NCBI GenBank assembly: GCA_963666985.2
Contig: CAXXIA010000001.1
Location: 896,001 to 960,000 of the forward strand
Length of the DNA stretch: 64,000 bases
DNA from: Spirochaetia bacterium
GTDB taxonomy: Bacteria; Spirochaetota; Spirochaetia; DSM-2461
Direction: 5' to 3'
The translations under genes were made by a program, and so were the position numbers. Under the pieces are notes generated by a model, which saw only the letters and a program-made list of their open reading frames with translations, searched no databases and had not been told where the DNA came from. Below are positions 59,586 to 64,000 of this stretch, in pieces. Each line of letters opens with the position of its first letter. Position 1 is the stretch's first letter.

Positions 59586-60200
59586 TCAGCTTAAAATATC
59601 ATTCATGAAAGATGCCAGAACCCGCAGGGCGTTCGTGTTGTATCCGCCTTCGGGGATGATGATGTCGGCATATTCTTTGGTAGGCTCGATGAACATATAA
59701 TGCGCCGGGCGGACAACTTCCAGATACTGTTTGATAACGGATTCAACGGTTCGTCCGCGTTCGGTTATGTCTCTTTCAAGCCGCCTTATGAAGCGGATAT
59801 CATCGGGGGTGTCCACGTAAATTTTCAGGTTCATCATGTCCCGAACGGCTTTTTCGAAAAAAACCATGATTCCTTCCACAAGAACAACTTTACTCGGCTG
59901 AACGGTTATGGTTTTATCCGCTCGCCGGTGATGAACGAAATCGTATGTGGGCATGTTGATGGTGTTGCCGGCCTTTAACTCCGTTAGATGTTCCATGAGA
60001 AGATCGGTATCAAAGGCATCGGGATGATCGAAGTTGAAGTCGGTGATGTTCGTATTGGAAATATTGGCGGCGCTTTTGTAGTAATTGTCCTGCGGGATGA
60101 AGACGAAGTCTTTTACGCGGTCGGCGATTCGCTTTATGATTGTTGTTTTTCCGGATCCCGAACCGCCGGAAATCCCTATAAGCCGGATTCCATTTCCCAT
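59586..60200 (-). CDS. udk: Uridine kinase
   Basis: GGSGSGKT, QDNYY, NFDHPDAFD, RRLERD..ERGR, FIEPTK.YAD. Confidence 0.96.
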   Translation of the reverse strand: MGNGIRLIGISGGSGSGKTTIIKRIADRVKDFVFIPQDNYYKSAANISNTNITDFNFDHPDAFDTDLLMEHLTELKAGNTINMPTYDFVHHRRADKTITVQPSKVVLVEGIMVFFEKAVRDMMNLKIYVDTPDDIRFIRRLERDITERGRTVESVIKQYLEVVRPAHYMFIEPTKEYADIIIPEGGYNTNALRVLASFMNDILS

Positions 60201-61003
60201 CAGAGCACCTCCGATTCGAGCTCCATAAGTCTCTTTTCGACACTTTTCAGCTTCTTGGTAAGATTGACAATATCGTTTTCCAGCCGCTTTTTACGCGCCT
60301 GAAGATGTCCGACTTCGGATTCGGGTTTCTTTTTGGAATCCATGATTTTTCGGCGCACTTGAGAAAATGTCTGTCCCTCGCGGAACGAATCAACCGCTTC
60401 GGCACGCTCTTTCGGATTTCGAATGGCGGCGACGGTCTTCATTTTGTCAAAACCCAGGTTCTCATCGACATCAAAAGAATAGACCTTCATAAGGGTTCGT
60501 GCGGAACCGCGGTCCATGCCGAGAATCCGTTCGGTATAATCTTCGAATACGACATTTTTTTCTTTACAGAGATTCATCACTTCAATGAGGATTTTCCCGA
60601 ACTCTTTCATGAGATTTCCGTTTTTTGATAAAAAATCGTTCCGAATCCGTTCGGTGATCGCTTTGAATTCGGGATCGGTTTCGAAAACATTCTCGTAGAT
60701 CCCCGTTCTTTCGGCCTTGTCCAGTAAATCATGGAAAATAGTCCAAAATCGGTTCGTATGAGCTCTGCCGGTTACTTCTTCCGGATAACTCGTGAAATGA
60801 ACATGATGCGCGAACTCATGAACGGCCGTATAAAGCATCGTATTATCGGAAGAAAAATTCTTATTGTGGATGAGGATTTCTCTTGATTCGGGTTTGTAGA
60901 GGCCTTCAACCCGTCTGCTTTCTTTACCGGTGAAAATTACGGAAAAATCGGGAACATCACTCTTTATCGAAAGAAGTTTTTCTTTTACTTGATCTTGATT
61001 CAT
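60200..61003 (-). CDS. Hypothetical HExxH zinc-metallopeptidase-like protein
   Basis: GLYKP..REILIH, VHEFAHH...AH...FW; helical, coiled-coil C-terminus. Confidence 0.7.
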   Translation of the reverse strand: MNQDQVKEKLLSIKSDVPDFSVIFTGKESRRVEGLYKPESREILIHNKNFSSDNTMLYTAVHEFAHHVHFTSYPEEVTGRAHTNRFWTIFHDLLDKAERTGIYENVFETDPEFKAITERIRNDFLSKNGNLMKEFGKILIEVMNLCKEKNVVFEDYTERILGMDRGSARTLMKVYSFDVDENLGFDKMKTVAAIRNPKERAEAVDSFREGQTFSQVRRKIMDSKKKPESEVGHLQARKKRLENDIVNLTKKLKSVEKRLMELESEVL

Positions 61004-61084
61004 CAGTACCTCGGAGATTCGCGGGCAATGGAGCCGTGATAAGACCTTCCGTCAAACAGGCGGCAAAGATCCTTCATATTCATT

Positions 61085-62380
61085 TTAGCGTCGAATATTT
61101 CTTAATAGAGAAATATCTTTCAGGCGCCATCGCCTTTCTATCGATTCGGCGGCAACCAGCGGCATCTCGGCGATGATTTCATTATCAAGAGTCCATGAAA
61201 CCATTCCGAGTTCATCGCCTTCCGAGATCGGAGCCGCTACAAATTCCGGTACATCAATATGCGATATGATTCGCTCGGAATCGCCCTTTTGGAGGGTCAG
61301 CGGGAGAGGAAGGGATTCCGAAACAGCGTGAACAACGGATTCTTTTCCATGCAGAACCGAAGTTTCGGCCGAAGGAGGCTGAAGCACTCTCCAAGTTTCA
61401 TAGTGTTCAAAACCCAAATCCAGTAATGCCGCCGCTTCTTCGGCCCGTATCAGAAGACCTTCTCTGAACACGTCCGATTTGATTCCCATCAGAAGGACGA
61501 TCAGCCGTGTGCCTTCCCGTTCGGCGGTAGCAAGAAAATGGAATCCCGCCGAGGGTATGGTCCCCGTTTTCAAACCGTCGATTCCAGGATATCCGCCGAG
61601 AAGCAGATTCGTATTTTTCATCCGACGGTTTCTCATTCCGGCCGTCAATTCATCAGCTTCATCGTACTCCATGGTTTTCAGGGAATGGATTTCCCTAAGA
61701 GCCGCCGGATGAAGTTTTATATAAGCCCTTGCCAGAGTCCATTGATCATAGCCGGTTGTGGAAGAAAGAGCCGACCATCCGTCCGGATCGGTGTATATGG
61801 TGTAGGAAAGGCCCAACCGGCGGGACTCGGCATTCATACGCGCCATAAAATCATCAGCGTTTCCCGATGAAGAAAGCAGGGCCAGTGTCCAAGCCGCATC
61901 GTTTGCCGAAAGGATTGCCGCCGCCCGCTGAAGTGTTAAAATCGTCGCTTTATCATTTTCAGTCAGTCCGAACGCGCTGGAGCCGTATCTCATGGCGGAA
62001 GCAGTACCTTCGGGCGGAATTGAATAGGCAGAATCCGAACGCAAGATTCCCCTCTCAACATCCAAAAGCGAAAGATGGAGCGTCATGATTTTGGCTAAAG
62101 ATGCCGGCGGCAGAGGTGTGTGGGGATTCTTCGAAGCAAGGACGGTTCCTGTTTCGGCGTCTCCCAGAATAATAACAGGCGCCTGGAAGCGTTCAAGATC
62201 ATCCGCTGTAAATACCGGTGGCTGATAAGCTCCCGCGTTACCCGCCGCGGCAATGATGAGAATGGCTTGAACGATAAAGGCTACGGGAAAATACCCATCC
62301 GATTTAAAATTCTTTCTTACACACTTGGATATCGCTCCATGCGTAGAAGAGCTTAAGCGGACATGGTTTTTTTTCTTCAA
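61085..62380 (-). CDS. dacA: D-alanyl-D-alanine carboxypeptidase (peptidase S11); start uncertain
   Basis: PASLAK, SANDAA, NTNLLL, DGLKTG; PBP5 C-terminal domain. Confidence 0.9.
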   Translation of the reverse strand: MKKKNHVRLSSSTHGAISKCVRKNFKSDGYFPVAFIVQAILIIAAAGNAGAYQPPVFTADDLERFQAPVIILGDAETGTVLASKNPHTPLPPASLAKIMTLHLSLLDVERGILRSDSAYSIPPEGTASAMRYGSSAFGLTENDKATILTLQRAAAILSANDAAWTLALLSSSGNADDFMARMNAESRRLGLSYTIYTDPDGWSALSSTTGYDQWTLARAYIKLHPAALREIHSLKTMEYDEADELTAGMRNRRMKNTNLLLGGYPGIDGLKTGTIPSAGFHFLATAEREGTRLIVLLMGIKSDVFREGLLIRAEEAAALLDLGFEHYETWRVLQPPSAETSVLHGKESVVHAVSESLPLPLTLQKGDSERIISHIDVPEFVAAPISEGDELGMVSWTLDNEIIAEMPLVAAESIERRWRLKDISLLRNIRR

Positions 62381-62396
62381 TCTTAGCTCTTCAATC

Positions 62397-63110
62397 TTAG
62401 CGGCGCCTGCCGAATATCCTCAAAAGGAAGAGGAACATGTTGATGAAATCCAGATACAGCTTCAAAGCGCCCAAAACGGAGAGTCTGACATAGTCGGTTT
62501 CACCGACTTCCGCGCTGAGGGAATCGCTCATCTTTTTGATCATCTGCGTGTCGTAGGCGGTCAGTGCCGTAAAAAGGATAACGCCGATCCCCGAGTAAAG
62601 CAGACCGAATGTTTCACTTTGAAAAAACATTCCGACAATTCCGGCGATGAGCAATCCGATCAGCCCCATAAAGAGAAAATGTCCCCAGCCCGAGAGATCC
62701 TTTTTCGTCGTAACCGCCCATAAACTCATAACGGCAAACATTCCGGCCGAAACGGCGAAAGCCTGGAAAATAACGATTTTGGCGTATGCCAGAAGAACAA
62801 GGGAAATCGTAATTCCGTTTAAAACGGAATACAGGGAGAAACATCCGACCGCGGCCGGAACGCTCATCTGCATAATCCTTCGTGAAAGAACCATAACAAG
62901 AACAAGCTCTCCGATCATCAGAAGGAAGAACGGCATGGCACCGCGGCTGAAAAGAGTTTGCTGGACGGACGGATTGGTGTAAATCCACCAGGATACGGCC
63001 GCGGTTATCCCCAAACCTAGAGTCATCCACATGTAGACATTGCGAAGAATGGTCCGATAGCGAACTTGTGCTCCCGCCGACAGGAATCCGGCTTCATTTG
63101 ACATATTCAA
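62397..63110 (-). CDS. Bax inhibitor-1/YccA family membrane protein
   Basis: VYMWM..GL, TKKDLS, TAYDTQ.IK, GALKLYLDFINMFL. Confidence 0.93.
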   Translation of the reverse strand: MNMSNEAGFLSAGAQVRYRTILRNVYMWMTLGLGITAAVSWWIYTNPSVQQTLFSRGAMPFFLLMIGELVLVMVLSRRIMQMSVPAAVGCFSLYSVLNGITISLVLLAYAKIVIFQAFAVSAGMFAVMSLWAVTTKKDLSGWGHFLFMGLIGLLIAGIVGMFFQSETFGLLYSGIGVILFTALTAYDTQMIKKMSDSLSAEVGETDYVRLSVLGALKLYLDFINMFLFLLRIFGRRR

Positions 63111-63276
63111 GTACTCCCGTGACGCAGCAGTTTATCCGATTTACGGCATTCGAAAATGATCAAGTTGCGTCCGTGCTCAATATACGACTTTTTGGAGTCA
63201 AAGACACCTTTCAATTTCGACATTGACGGAATAAATGTTTCTCTATATAACAACACTTAAAAAACGGAGAAAAAAA

Positions 63277-64000
63277 ATGAAAAAATATCTGTTGGCCTCT
63301 TTGGTTCTCTCTTTGGCGGCTTTCGGCGCGTTCGGTTCCGGTGCCGACGATGCGGATGCCCCTTTGAAAATCGGCATTACCAAAATCGTCGCGCATCCCG
63401 CTCTGGACGCTCTGGAGCAGGGTGTGATGGAGACTGTTCTGGAGAAGTATCCGGACGCCGTCTTCGACAATCAAAACGCCAACGGCGATATGGCCACCGC
63501 GTCCACCATCGCTCAGAAGTTCAAATCGGACAAAGTCGACTTGGCCGTCGGCATCGCCACGCCCACGGCCGTCGCTCTTGCCAATGCCATCAAGGATGTC
63601 CCCGTTGTTTTCTGCGCGGTTACCGACCCGGTCGATGCCGGCTTGGTTCCTTCTTGGGAAAAGAGCGCCGGGAATGTCACGGGCTTCAGCGATATGACTC
63701 CCGTTAAAGAACAGATTTCGCTGCTGGCATCCCTTATGGACATTAAAGCGCTGGGGCATGTTTACTCTTCGGGCGAAGCCAATGCCGTTCGTCTGGCCGA
63801 AATCGCCGAACAAACATGCAATGAGCTCGGGATAGAATTCGTTCCCACCGCCGTCGCCAATTCCGCGGAAGTGAAACAGGCCGCTCAGTCCATCGCCGGC
63901 CGCGTGGACGCGTTCTACGTGAGTAACGACAATACCGTTGTTTCGGCTTTGGCCGGTCTTTCCGATGCCGCCGCGCAGGCGGGCATCCCCGTTCTTTCCG
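63277..64000 (+). CDS. ABC transporter substrate-binding protein (ABC_sub_bind family, often aromatic amino acids); runs off the window, not in the ORF track
   Basis: SD GGAG; translated by hand: MKKYLLASL...IVAHPALD...NANGD...IATPTA...AVTDPV.AGLV...NVTGFSD. Confidence 0.9.
   Translation, partial: MKKYLLASLVLSLAAFGAFGSGADDADAPLKIGITKIVAHPALDALEQGVMETVLEKYPDAVFDNQNANGDMATASTIAQKFKSDKVDLAVGIATPTAVALANAIKDVPVVFCAVTDPVDAGLVPSWEKSAGNVTGFSDMTPVKEQISLLASLMDIKALGHVYSSGEANAVRLAEIAEQTCNELGIEFVPTAVANSAEVKQAAQSIAGRVDAFYVSNDNTVVSALAGLSDAAAQAGIPVLS

Noticed and set aside
63211..63813. 200-aa - strand ORF
   Set aside because: Shadow of the + strand ABC binding-protein gene starting at 63277

Overview
Mostly core-genome DNA from a bacterium that looks like a member of Spirochaetia (inferred from the mltG-dnaG-rpoD-Zn-ribbon-rnpB-TPR-mreBCD-mrdA-rodA order, a long Borrelia-type thymidine kinase and a recycling-type EF-G2). 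It holds about 57 CDS, RNase P RNA, tRNA-Thr(TGT), tRNA-Tyr(GTA) and one complete IS1182-family element. Other genes include two divergent EF-G paralogues, mfd, metK plus an AmmeMemo radical SAM gene, a ProU-type osmolyte ABC operon with a divergent EctR/CosR-like MarR gene, leuCD, and a nucleoside uptake/salvage cluster (BMP-NupABC, deoB, tdk, udk). I saw no CRISPR, prophage, or defence island, and no single clearly new multi-gene system. The best leads are: (1) about 8 genes with a sigma70 -10 box only 6-9 nt before the start codon and no SD, i.e. probably leaderless; (2) two neighbouring EF-Gs with complementary motif losses; (3) an IS1182 inserted in a terminator, with inward-facing terminators at both of its ends; (4) an EctR1-like operator over the proXVW promoter; (5) a shared Cys-less signal-peptide motif on proteins whose families are often lipoproteins; (6) an HExxH protease with a DUF3102-like region coupled to udk; (7) an unannotated 54-aa gene coupled to mltG. 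All family calls come from reading motifs; no database search was run.
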